A stretch of 64,000 bases of DNA, taken from NCBI RefSeq assembly GCF_006345805.1, contig NC_043003.1, forward strand, positions 5,084,001 to 5,148,000, given 5' to 3'. This DNA comes from Octopus sinensis. Its lineage: Eukaryota. Shown here piece by piece: positions 52,536 to 64,000 of this stretch (its first letter is position 1; each line of letters opens with the position of its first letter). A program made the position numbers and the translations under genes. Below the pieces are notes generated by a model. The model saw only the letters and a program-made list of their open reading frames with translations, had not been told where the DNA came from and searched no databases.

Positions 52536-53341
52536 CACACACACCATCACACATACATTCTTGAGAGGGTCCTTATGTCAATAATAAAGAAGCCCTCGTT
52601 CCATTTCCTGCCTTTGCAGTTTATTTTTCAAGTGTTTCAATATTTGACCACCTAACAATTCGATCGTTCAGTTACGCACCCAATCAGGTTTATCGAAATC
52701 CCTTTGTCGCCATTCCCGGCTCTTTTCAAGGATAAGTCCTCACACTCGTGTGACGCAGCAAGTTAGGGCTCAACTCCTATTGGAGATCTTGCAAGTCAAA
52801 TTCGAATACGATACACATGGCATGTTGTCTTCTCGAGCAAAACACTACATGTCACGTTGCTCTGCGATCATTCCCCCACCTGACGCATGGCATACTTGTG
52901 CCTCCGTGTGGCACAGCCCAGCACCGTCAATGTATCCAAACAATAAATATACAAACTGCGAAACTTAGTATAACTGAAGTTTCATTAAGTTTACATTTAT
53001 AAGTCGAAAGTCATTCATGAGGCGAATGCGGTCCGTCCCACGATGTAACGCTTTGATCAACATACAAAAGAGTGTGCATATCTGAGTATAACTCCCTCTC
53101 GCTCTCTCTACTTTCTTTTCTTTCTGTATCTATATATAATTAACATCTTTAATTCAATGAAGAACCATCAACAAACGACTGAGACGACGACAAAATAAAA
53201 GCAAACACACACACACAAAACTAACGAAAGAAAAACAAAAACAAGAAAACAAAAATCAATTATCTTTACTGCAAGTTGAGCTATTCTCAGGACGAGTTTA
53301 TTGTTTTAGAGTTAAAAGAGGAAAAAATTGTAAAACTCAAC

Positions 53342-53397
<56 letters not shown>

Positions 53398-53588
53398 GAT
53401 GATAAAATATCGATCTGTCAAATAATAATAGTAATACTGAAGACCTGTTTATCGTAATTATGCATCAATTAGACAATGTAGGGAGAAATACTGTAACACA
53501 GTTAATGATTTACGTGAAGGTTTTTGGTTGGCAGTTATAAATATGTTCAGTCTTTTAGTGCTTTATGTAAAGAACTCGCGGAAAAAAC

Positions 53589-53592
<4 letters not shown>

Positions 53593-53663
<71 letters not shown>
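53593..53663. repeat. (AG)n microsatellite
   Basis: Direct reading. Confidence 0.97.
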
Positions 53664-53670
<7 letters not shown>

Positions 53671-53812
53671 GGGTAAGATAATGACATCATTATTTACGAC
53701 AGAAACGAACGTCTTCGCTTTTATATATATACAGATGTTTCCTCATTTAACATTGATTTTAATAATGATAATGTTGACAGTGTAAAGTTGTAGATGTTTA
53801 TGTGTGCGTATA

Positions 53813-53860
<48 letters not shown>

Positions 53861-53929
53861 TATGTATTGTGTATTTATCTTTTTAAATATATTTATATAA
53901 AATTTACACACATTCACACATACACACAC

Positions 53930-53970
<41 letters not shown>

Positions 53971-55439
53971 GTGTGTATGTATGTGTGTGTGTATGCAGGT
54001 TTGTGTACATATGTATGTTTACATACCCACAGACATATATATGCTTGCATATATAAAGGTGAGTGTGTATGTGTGTGTATCTAAATTCACATACACACGC
54101 ACGCACACATAAAATGGTTGGTCTCAAAAAGATACTTTTTACCGCTGTATAATAAACCATCAGTTTATGGCTAATCATAAAAGAATACGAGACATTTTCT
54201 ATTGATTCTACTATGAACAAGACAGACAATACGGTGCCAACGTAATGATGGCACCGATTTCTGACCGAAAAAAAAAAACCCCTACAAAATCTCATTTTTT
54301 TAGCATTTCATAATTGTGACATTAAAAACCACCCATATGGCGATGTGAAAGGCGAAGAGTCGGAAGTGACGTGGATACATAAACACCCAGATTCATAAAA
54401 CTTTAAGTGATATTTTAGACTTCACAAGCGTCTATACATTGCAGATGAACAGTTTGCCGTTATTGTCTTTTCTAGAAACAGACCGGCCATCTTCGATTGT
54501 ATTTAGACGCCAGCATATTCCGTGACCGTCTCTTTTGTCCAGACTGAATCACTGAATAGTTTCATGAGTCTTTTAAACGCTTTGGCGTGATTTAGGGGAG
54601 TTGGGTGAGGATCCAGTTAATTGCTGGATATTCAGACATATTTACAGTCGTACAGAAATCTCGTATTAGGATCTCCTGAGTTGATTGAACCGCGAAAACG
54701 GTTTGAATGGTGACGGTGGGGACATCTTTGCTTTATAGGTGTCATCACCGGCGACTGGTCTGGAAGACTGGACTGGGAATAACTAACTGCGATAGTTCCA
54801 AAGTACCGAAATATTCATTCAAACACGAGGAGGGGAAAATTCTCCTTCTGCCTCCCCACCTGCTCCCTCCCTTCAGAATCCTCTCACACACCAAAATGAT
54901 ATTCATATACGGAAAACTAAAATAATTCTGTTAATTTCTTTGTCTTCAATACATTCCTTACTGAATTAACGTTTTTGCGAGTCGGGGATTTTAATCATGC
55001 ATAGGTCAGTTTTATGTTTCGATCTCTTTCGTACGTGACTTCAGCCACTGGTGAGAAACGATGCTCTCATCTCTCTCAACATGTTTTCCTGTATATATAT
55101 ATTGTTACATGAAATCGCTATGTATTTTCGTTAACAAAAATGTAGTATTTAGAGAAACTGGAAGTATAACATTTTCTGTAATACAATGTAGGGACACTTT
55201 ATAATTTCCATGCGTGCACATATGTCTTATGAACAAAACTGGCATTGAACTCAGAGTTGAGCAATAGTCTGTTCCCATTGCTCTCTCTACCTACCGACGG
55301 AATTCTATGACTTGCCTAGCAAATTATATTTGCACGATTCAAAATGTATTTTTAAAATACCATACATCTGTTATAGCTTGATAGATAGAAATATACGCAG
55401 ACATACGCGCGAGCACACACACACAAACAGAGATACATA

Positions 55440-55487
<48 letters not shown>

Positions 55488-56871
55488 CACTATAGAATTT
55501 TGTTTACGTTAAACCAATATCTTCGAGTATGTTAAACATTAAACAATACAAATGCATACACCACTTGATATTCACAGAAAATTGAATATACTTACATATA
55601 TACATACACACACAAACATACATACGTATGTGTATATATGCATACATACATATACACATCTATCTAGCTAACAACCTGTCTGTCTCTGTCTCTTTGTACA
55701 CACACGTTTCATATGTGTGTGTGTGTGTGTGTGTATGTATAAACAAATGCATGTCCTGTTAGATGTTTCAATGCATGCAAAGGGACGAATGTACAGAGAA
55801 ATATATAATAAAAGTAAATATTGAACATACAATACGCCAATTTGCACAATCATGCACAAATATTTGCATATCCTCATATAAATACACACACACGCGCGCA
55901 TACACTCTTGCCCTTTTAGACATACGCCCTCGCTCATAACCTCATATGTATACTATTACGCCAACGCCCGCACACACACAAAAATATATATCATATATCA
56001 TAATTATTTGAGGGAATATTAATCCTAACTTACAGGGAAAATATTGTAAAAACATAATATAAACGTATATAATTGGTATATTTCGGCAATTTACTTAATC
56101 ATTGGTATTTTATTGTTATTTTAATTACAATATTTCTATTATATGTAACTTTCTAGATGGTGTAATTTAATTGTTCACTTTGAATTGATAAAAGGTGGTT
56201 CTTTCTAATTTTTTATATCATATATCATATATATATTATATATATATACACATATTTCTGTTTATGCAACTGTCTGATACATGAAATATATACACTCCAA
56301 ATAAGAATATAATTTTTTTATTTCATAGTACGTCTCCCCTAAATGTTAACTCTAAGTTAATTTACAGCTTATCAACTAAACTCACTTCAAACAATTTAGA
56401 TTCTGTTATTGCTGCTGTGGATATGATGGAGAACAAATTCTGTCAAGAGTTGCGTCTCGAACCTCCCCCGTCCTCATACAATATACATCACTCCGTCGTT
56501 CTTAGCTATTTATTTATATAGATCTTACACATTCCAATGAACAATTCCATGTGATTCTCGCTGACAACTTCTCATTCAGCTAATTGCAGTTAGAAGAATT
56601 ACTTTCGAGTTGTTACTTCGCAGATTATGTTCAGACATCGATGAATCGACGTCTTCGTTTTTTTCTCTTATGTTCATGTTTTATGCATAAAGATATTTTA
56701 ATAAGTACGCAGACAATACTCTATCTCTCTATCTCTCTCACACACACCCCTATACATATTTGTATGTAAATATATGCATTAATATACATATATAATTATG
56801 CAAGTACGTTTATATATTTATTCATCCATATTTCCAGCCATCCATACACTTATATAAGTATACAAGTATAT

Positions 56872-56920
<49 letters not shown>

Positions 56921-56933
56921 TATGTGTGCATCT

Positions 56934-56968
<35 letters not shown>

Positions 56969-57378
56969 GTGTGTGTGTGTTGTGTGTGTGTGTGGTGTGT
57001 GTTTGTGACGTGTGTAAAGTGTGTTTACATCTAACTACATTTCTGTTGACGCAATTCACATATGTAGAGTCACACATACTTGTCGGCGCATTTCTACGTA
57101 AGTATCCAATTATATATTTATCTTTGTATAAATACAGAAATGTGTGGATGTATCGTACACATACAAACGTGAGGCAATACGGAAGTTTTATTCAATAATG
57201 ACAAAGAAAAAAGACGACGATGTTACGCCATTCTTTTTTTTCCAAATTTCGTGTCATCGATTTTGCAATGACAAAATATCTGTGTAAGTAATCCACCTTG
57301 CCTAAAACTGCTAACCAGAAACTCCGAGTACCAACAGTGGAAAACGCCTCTTTTTAATTATTTACATACACAGATACA

Positions 57379-57423
<45 letters not shown>

Positions 57424-57424
<1 letters not shown>

Positions 57425-58133
57425 AATAGGAAAAAAAGCAACAAGAATGGATCAATATATCGGTACAATTGTTTCGTACGAGGACATCTTTAATAAAGGT
57501 ACAAAAATTGAGATTCCCAAACATCAAAAGGGGTAATGTTACACTTATGAAACATCATGGAAAATTCTATAAAAATGAGAATTTAGATAACATATTGGTT
57601 TTTTAAGAGTTCAATTAGTATTATACAGGTTATTAAAAAAGTTTTTCAAAACATCCTAGTTTTCCAGAGAGTGAAGATACAAATGAGGGTGTGAGTTTAA
57701 CTGCATTGAAGAAAGTTCGATTCTTGGAGATCCGGTGAAAGGTCTTGAACATATTCAGTAAGTTCAAGACCTTTCACCGGATCTCCAAGAATCGAACTTT
57801 CTTCAATGCAGTTAAACTCACACCCTCATTTGTATCTTCACTCTCTGGAAAACTAGGATGTTTTGAAAAAACTTTTTTAATAACCTGTATAATACTAATT
57901 GAACTCTTAAAAACCAATATGTTATCTAAATTCTCATTTTTATAGAATTTTCCATGATGTTTCATAAGTGTAACATTACCCCTTTTGATGTTTGGGAATC
58001 TCTGATGTTTTTTCGGCTGATGAGTACGAGCCACCTATATTTACTGCAATGTTTGTAGCTTTATTAAAGATATCCTTGTACGAAACAATTGTACCGATAT
58101 ATTGATTCATTCTTGTTGCTTTTTTTCCTATTT
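57424..58133. repeat. ~710-bp foldback with near-perfect 241-bp inner arms
   Basis: 57510-57750 versus 57762-58002, 11-nt loop, two homopolymer indels seen; outer ~85-bp arms are more diverged. Confidence 0.97.
58013..58097 (+). ncRNA. Canonical type I hammerhead with long loop II, family K
   Basis: TCGG CTGATGA GTACGAG..(44 nt)..CTTGTAC GAAAC AATT GTA CCGA; G10.1-C11.1 present; predicted cleavage after A58093. Confidence 0.88.
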
Positions 58134-58545
58134 CTAATCACCCCACTTGTCGAATGGTTAACACCATATAGATTTCCAGTGCATCCTAGTTAAGGACCAT
58201 ATTCATGTGAATTCATTAGAACTCACTTGAATCTCAGTTACTTAAACCGTATATATATATACATATATATGTATTATGTATATATGTATGTCAGGTCGCT
58301 ATTCAGTGCTACTGGTAACATGTAAACCAGCACATCCTCTTGTACTGTCGGGTCGTCAGCGACGAAACTGGCAACCCTGCAATGTTTGCTTGGTTAGAAG
58401 GATGTCGTTGGACCACCTGCGGGTTGAAAAATAAGACCCGTCAAAGGGCGGAGGAACTCCTGAACAGTTAACAGCCATCCAATAAAATGTTTGTAAATAT
58501 GTATATATCTTTCTTCTTTTCTTTTCTTATATGTATGTATTTTTA

Positions 58546-58597
<52 letters not shown>

Positions 58598-58619
58598 TTT
58601 TATATATGTACATTTATCA

Positions 58620-60270
58620 CAGGCTGAACTTGGCCGTCATCTTGCCACTGGTCAAACAATCTACAAGAAAATGTAAAAATAAACATCTTTTGAATTTTGG
58701 CTGTTGGAATGTGCGCACGCTTCTTGATGATAATTTCAACAAGAGACCAGAAATGCGTACTGCACTTATTGCATGTGAGCTTAAGAAATATTCCCTTGAA
58801 ATAGTTGCGCTCTCTGAAACTTGTCTCTCTGGTGAGGGCCAAATAAATGAACCTACTTATAAATATACTATCTTTTGGAGAGGACTACCTGAGGGTCAGC
58901 GTAGAGATTCTGTTTACATTAGTATCTGCCATTGCAGAGCTTCCCAGTGGCTTTGCATCAAGATATGAAAGGTAGAGTTAACTTTGGTGGCAGGTTCTCT
59001 AAATCTTTTGCCGTGTAAAATGGAGTAAAGCAAGGAAACCTTGATGCACCCACCCTCTTTGCAATATACTTTGCTGTTGTTGTCACACGCTTTTCACAAT
59101 TCTGAGGAAGGTATTTACATAAAATATCGAACAACAGGGAATGTGTTGTTTTTTTTTTATCTGAACAGACTGAAATTCAAAACGAAGGTTTTTACTTCAC
59201 TCATTGGGGAACCTTTATACGCAGACGATTGCAATCTTGTCAGTCATTCTGAAACAGGTCTGCAATCTGTTGTATCTGCATTTAACTCAGCTTGTGATGA
59301 TTTTGGCTTGACCATCAACTGGAAAAAAAACCCAGTTGTAATGCATCAATCTGCGTGTGGTTTTGTTTGTAACCCCAGCTAAAATTTTTGTTAACGATAA
59401 GTTGTAGATTCGTTCATCTATCTTGGAAGCTCTATTCAAAATGATGAAAATCTTGATACAGAAATACAGCTGCGAATTCAAAAGGCGGCAAAAGCATTTG
59501 GTGGCTTGGAGTCACGCGTTTGGTGCCAGCGACATATAAATAAGAATACAAAGCTGACTCATTACGAATCCTTTGTCTTACCATTCCTGTTGTTTTCCTG
59601 TGAAACTTGGGATTGTTATGAAAAGCATTTTAAATTGTTCGGACAATTCCACTAAAAATGCCTTCAGTGCATTTTAAACATTAAATGGAGTCCTTTTACC
59701 CCAAACACAGTTGTCCTTGCATCTGCAGGCATCACCTCAATTAAAGCTATGATTTTGAGAAAGCAAATTAGATGGTGTGGCCATATTGTTTGAATGGCAG
59801 ATGAACGCATGCCGAAACAGCTGTTGTATGGTGAGTTTGCAGAGAGGAAACGCTATCGGCATAAACCTAAAAAAAGGTTTCAGGACGGCATAAGAACTAC
59901 TATGAAGTCACTTGGAATGGTTCCAGAAGATATAGACACCCTTGCTTCGGATCGAGTTGGTTGGTGAACAACGGTTTGGAGTGGAGCGAAAGCATTTGAA
60001 GTGGCCAGGATAATGCAAGTAAGACTCAAGAGAGATCTAAGGAAGAATATAACGATTGAGAAGGTGAATGACAATGACCTTTTTGTGTGTACAGTGTGTA
60101 ACAGACTACGCCTATCTTTTTCTGGGCTCAAATCTCATCTGCGAACCCATGGAAAACGAACCTCCACCAACAATTCTACCTATATGTCTGTGCACACCTT
60201 TGAATACACTGAATGTTATGCTTCGTGGTGTTTTCCTCCTCTCTTACGTCCCGAGATGATGGATGTTACC
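58620..60270 (+). pseudogene. Internally deleted RTE-clade LINE (APE N-terminus, RT, C2H2 zinc finger)
   Basis: GCWNVRTLLD..RTALIACEL..IVALSET (APE); NGVKQG, APTLF, YADD (59218-59229); RWCGHIV*MADERMPKQLLYGE; CTVC..HLRTH (60088-60150); multiple stops and frameshifts. Confidence 0.93.
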
Positions 60271-60754
60271 GTTGACCCATCCTTCAGTTGAACACTAGAT
60301 GGCTGGTATGTTCTTGTTTAATGAGCTGTAGGATCAGGGTAGGATTGGCATTACAAAATAGCAACAGAAGCACATCAAACAAGCTTTAAAACTCATCGGA
60401 AATAGGTTTTTTTTTTTGCAGGTTATTAGAAACCATTTGTGCCACGCTGGTCATAAAGCCTCGCTCTCCAATCATTCCAGGTAGAAAGAACAACCAAACC
60501 TGCCAGATTTTATCGAGGTGTTGCTTGAGCCTGATGTAATAAACTTGAAATAGTTTCTTTCAGAATCGGCGAGTAATCATCTTAAGCAACATTTTCGATT
60601 TATTTACAGTTTCTCATTCTTTTGTCTCCTCGTATCAAATCCAAATAAGATCTATTTCTTATTCGCTGTCCTAATTGCCTTCAAAAATCTGACAGAAAAC
60701 TAACAAATATAAATAATAATAACTTCCTAGCATGTTACTTTCTGCACTATAATT

Positions 60755-60807
60755 ACTATTATTATTATTATTATTATTATCATCATTATTATTATCATTA
60801 TTATCAC

Positions 60808-60847
<40 letters not shown>

Positions 60848-60990
60848 GTGGTTGTTGTTGTTATTGTCAATGTTGTTATTTTCAACATTGTCACTATCAT
60901 CCCTCCTCCTAATCATAATCACATCTTTTCCTCCTTCTACTTTTCCCCTTCTGCTCCTTATTATTATTATTATCATTATTATTATTATGA
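60755..60990. repeat. (TTA)/(TTG)/(TCA) trinucleotide tracts
   Basis: Direct reading. Confidence 0.9.
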
Positions 60991-61525
60991 TACGTTGCAC
61001 TTGTTGTTGCCAGTCGTTGGTGTTGGCGGCGGCATTTTCATCGGACATATTTACAGCTTTTGACGTGTCATTTTCAGCAAATATAAATAGTTTCTTTTTT
61101 TATTTTCCTATCTCGCCTTGCACCAGAGTGTGCAACTGTAGGATTAATATTGCATGATTGCACTGAATGTCATAAATAGGAATTAATTTGCAACACACAT
61201 CGTTTGAAACTAATCTAAGACAAAGCAGCACGCCAAATTCCTATTGGGAAGAAAATCTCCGAAGATAAGGTAAGATGCGTTAAATAAAGAGTAGAAGTGC
61301 TGTATTCAGTAATCCATCGATAAATATAACCAGGTAAATCTCTCTTGTTTTATATATATATGTTCATGTGTGTCTGTGTGTCGATGTGTGTGTTTATGGC
61401 TGTGTGTGTTTTGGTCTTTGTGTGCGTGTTTGTGTAGGCATACGTGTGTGAATGTGTGTGTCTGCGCATTAGTTTGTGATCTTGCATGCTTTTGTATATG
61501 TTTATATCGTGATTCAGCAAGGGAG

Positions 61526-61567
<42 letters not shown>

Positions 61568-63024
61568 GAGAGAGGGTGGAGAGAAAGAAAACATGAGAGA
61601 ATGGAAGAAATTCTCCGTTTCACCGTTATGAAGTCCCTCGCAGTATTTTGCCCACGTGATCTTTGAACTTTTCTGATCTCCAAGTTAGGAATTATCCTCG
61701 TTTCTCTTAAGGGATCGCCATGGGATTTTTCACTAGTCTTCTGTTCCATTCAATACATATTTTTTGGTTGAGATTTACAACGATAAGATGAGATAGAATT
61801 ACAAGAAGAGTATCGCAGGGAATAACTTGTACTTGTATATACAGAGTTCAAATCCAGCCGAGGACGTCTATATGCTGTTATCCTTCGAAAGGCCGATGAA
61901 ATAAAGCATCACTAAAATACAGGGATCGGTTTTATCGATTCCTTCTTAACATGTTTGGCCCCCGTCTCTATATTTCTACTCATCAATACTTCAGGACAAG
62001 AGCAGGGGAGAGGCCGATTCAATAAAGCGTCGGTGGTGAAGGAACAAATACCTTGTGGTATTCAGTTTCATCCTCGTACCTTCTGAGAACCATTCACAAC
62101 AAAGCTGACTTTATCTTTAAATTTTTCCATATTCGATAAAACAAATACCAGTGTTGGTTGAGAGAGTTGCAGTTCCTCACATTTCCGATATCAGCGCTAT
62201 ATTATTTCTCATCTTATTCCATCATTACGAAGAAATTGCTTTAATATACGTTCCCCAAGTTCGAATCTCTTCGACCTTGGCTACATCTTTCATCTTACGT
62301 TGGTTGAATACCATTTGGAATAGGATCGATCTAATCGTATATATTTGAACCCCTCATTCCAGACGTTGTGTTTATGTCAGACATCGATATTTGCCTGAAC
62401 AAAGTATAAAGTAGATATCATCTAGCATTCCCAGTTAAAAAGTGTTGTTGATTACATCAACTCTAGCCTCGGCTAATAAAGGGCGAGATCTTATTATTCC
62501 AGTATCACAAATGGTTATTTCATATCTGATGACCACCACACATCTAATATTGTTGTCAAGTGAGACGACAACCACCAGTCTGGCCTATTTCACGAAAGGT
62601 ATTATCATCGCAACATCCGTGTTTGTGTGGTTAGCAACACCAATATCGTCGCAATTTGTAGAAATTAAATGAGGATGCTCTTTTAAACGTATTGTTTTAA
62701 ACAATCTTGTTGGATACATACAATGAAAGAAAAAGAGAAATAAAACAGCATTCCGCCGTCGTGAACAGACGAAGTTGTATTGTAGTTAAAATTCTGGAAG
62801 TCTTTTAACATACTTTTCAAGATCCTAGACCTCGACCTCCAGGACTTTGTCACTAAAAGTCAGCTGAATGATTGTGGATATAAACCAGTTCAATGCTGGC
62901 TATGCCTGACAGCAAATGTCACTCACACCCTCGCTTCCAGAAACATCTAGCCGGTTGACAGTTGCCTGAGTTTGAAACGGGGACGTACGGCTATTTATCA
63001 TCATCTGTATATTGCTGGGAAGGC

Positions 63025-63214
63025 GAAAAGATGTATGTATGTATATATGTGTGTATATGCACATATGACCATATATATACATATATATACATATACATAT
63101 ATATATATATATATATACATATATATACACACATATATACATACACATATATATATATACACATATATATATATACACACATATATATACAGACATATAT
63201 CTACACATATATAT

Positions 63215-63280
<66 letters not shown>

Positions 63281-63299
63281 TATATATATATATATATAT
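63025..63299. repeat. Compound (TA)/(CA) microsatellite
   Basis: Direct reading. Confidence 0.95.
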
Positions 63300-63627
63300 G
63301 GCAGGAGAGAGATGGAGAGACACAGAGAGAAAGATTGTTTCATAACAAATTTGTGAAAAACAGAGCTGTATTTGGCTTGTTGAAATCATTCATCTATAAA
63401 CATTTTTGTTGTTTAATATTGACCAATTAGATAAAAGATAAAAGTCATTCCAGCCGGAACCACTCAACCATTTTAGTTTTGGGACATAATATGTAGGACC
63501 AGGTTAAATCGTTTGTGACTCGATATGAAGACCGTAAATTGAGGTTTGAGGAGTATAAGATTTCAAATTCCGTGTGAGTCAGAACTTCTTATAATTATGC
63601 CCGACAGTCTTACGAAGCGAGGAATAA

Positions 63628-63725
63628 ACTGATAAATTAAGTACCAGTTGCGTACTGGGGACGATCTAATCGACTGGCCGTCTCCCCAAAAATTTCCGGC
63701 CTTGTGCTTAGAGTAGAAAAGAATA
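63628..63725 (+). mobile_element. 3' part of a Nin/Deu-like SINE
   Basis: GATAAATTAAGTACCAGTTGCGTACTGGGG..CTAATCGACT..CCTTGTGC. Confidence 0.75.
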
Positions 63726-63853
63726 TCCCTCCTGGAAGTATAATAGTTTGTCGTTGTCTGCCAGTTTGAATTATTGTTAACCCAGAGGACATAAACAAGA
63801 TCTATATAAAAGAATATAAAAAATATTATATATAAATATATTGAAAACCATTA

Positions 63854-63923
<70 letters not shown>

Positions 63924-64000
63924 TAAATAAAAGTATAAACAATATATACGTAGGACATTGCTGGAGATTTAAGCAGGAAGTTATACACGAGGAATTACTG

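Noticed and set aside
59798-59828. CAGATGA...GAAACAGCTGTT hammerhead look-alike
   Set aside because: Encodes DERMPKQLL of the RTE ORF; core is mismatched and stem II is poor.

Overview
AT-rich, microsatellite-saturated animal non-coding DNA. The SINE families and (TA)n/(CA)n/(GATA)n density suggest a coleoid cephalopod, probably Octopus (inferred from recollection, not a database match). I found no intact host gene, rRNA, tRNA or CRISPR array; most listed ORFs are translated simple repeats or chance ORFs. Recognisable content: decayed mariner and Tc1/maT transposase pieces, a Penelope-like (PLE) GIY-YIG endonuclease remnant, an internally deleted RTE LINE, 3' ends of RTE, CR1-like and R4/Dong-like LINEs, about 20 tRNA-derived SINE copies, a short Helitron-like element, a hAT-like MITE and many foldback inverted repeats. 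The standout signal is about 18 type I minimal hammerhead ribozyme motifs (CUGANGA...GAAA...NUH) from about 10 unrelated repeat families. Most sit next to (TA)n tracts and have palindromic stem III. They include a fully canonical one inside a near-perfect ~700-bp foldback (58013-58097) and a tRNA-headed SINE whose tail carries a hammerhead (30555-31600). Repeat boundaries are approximate; motif coordinates were counted by hand.
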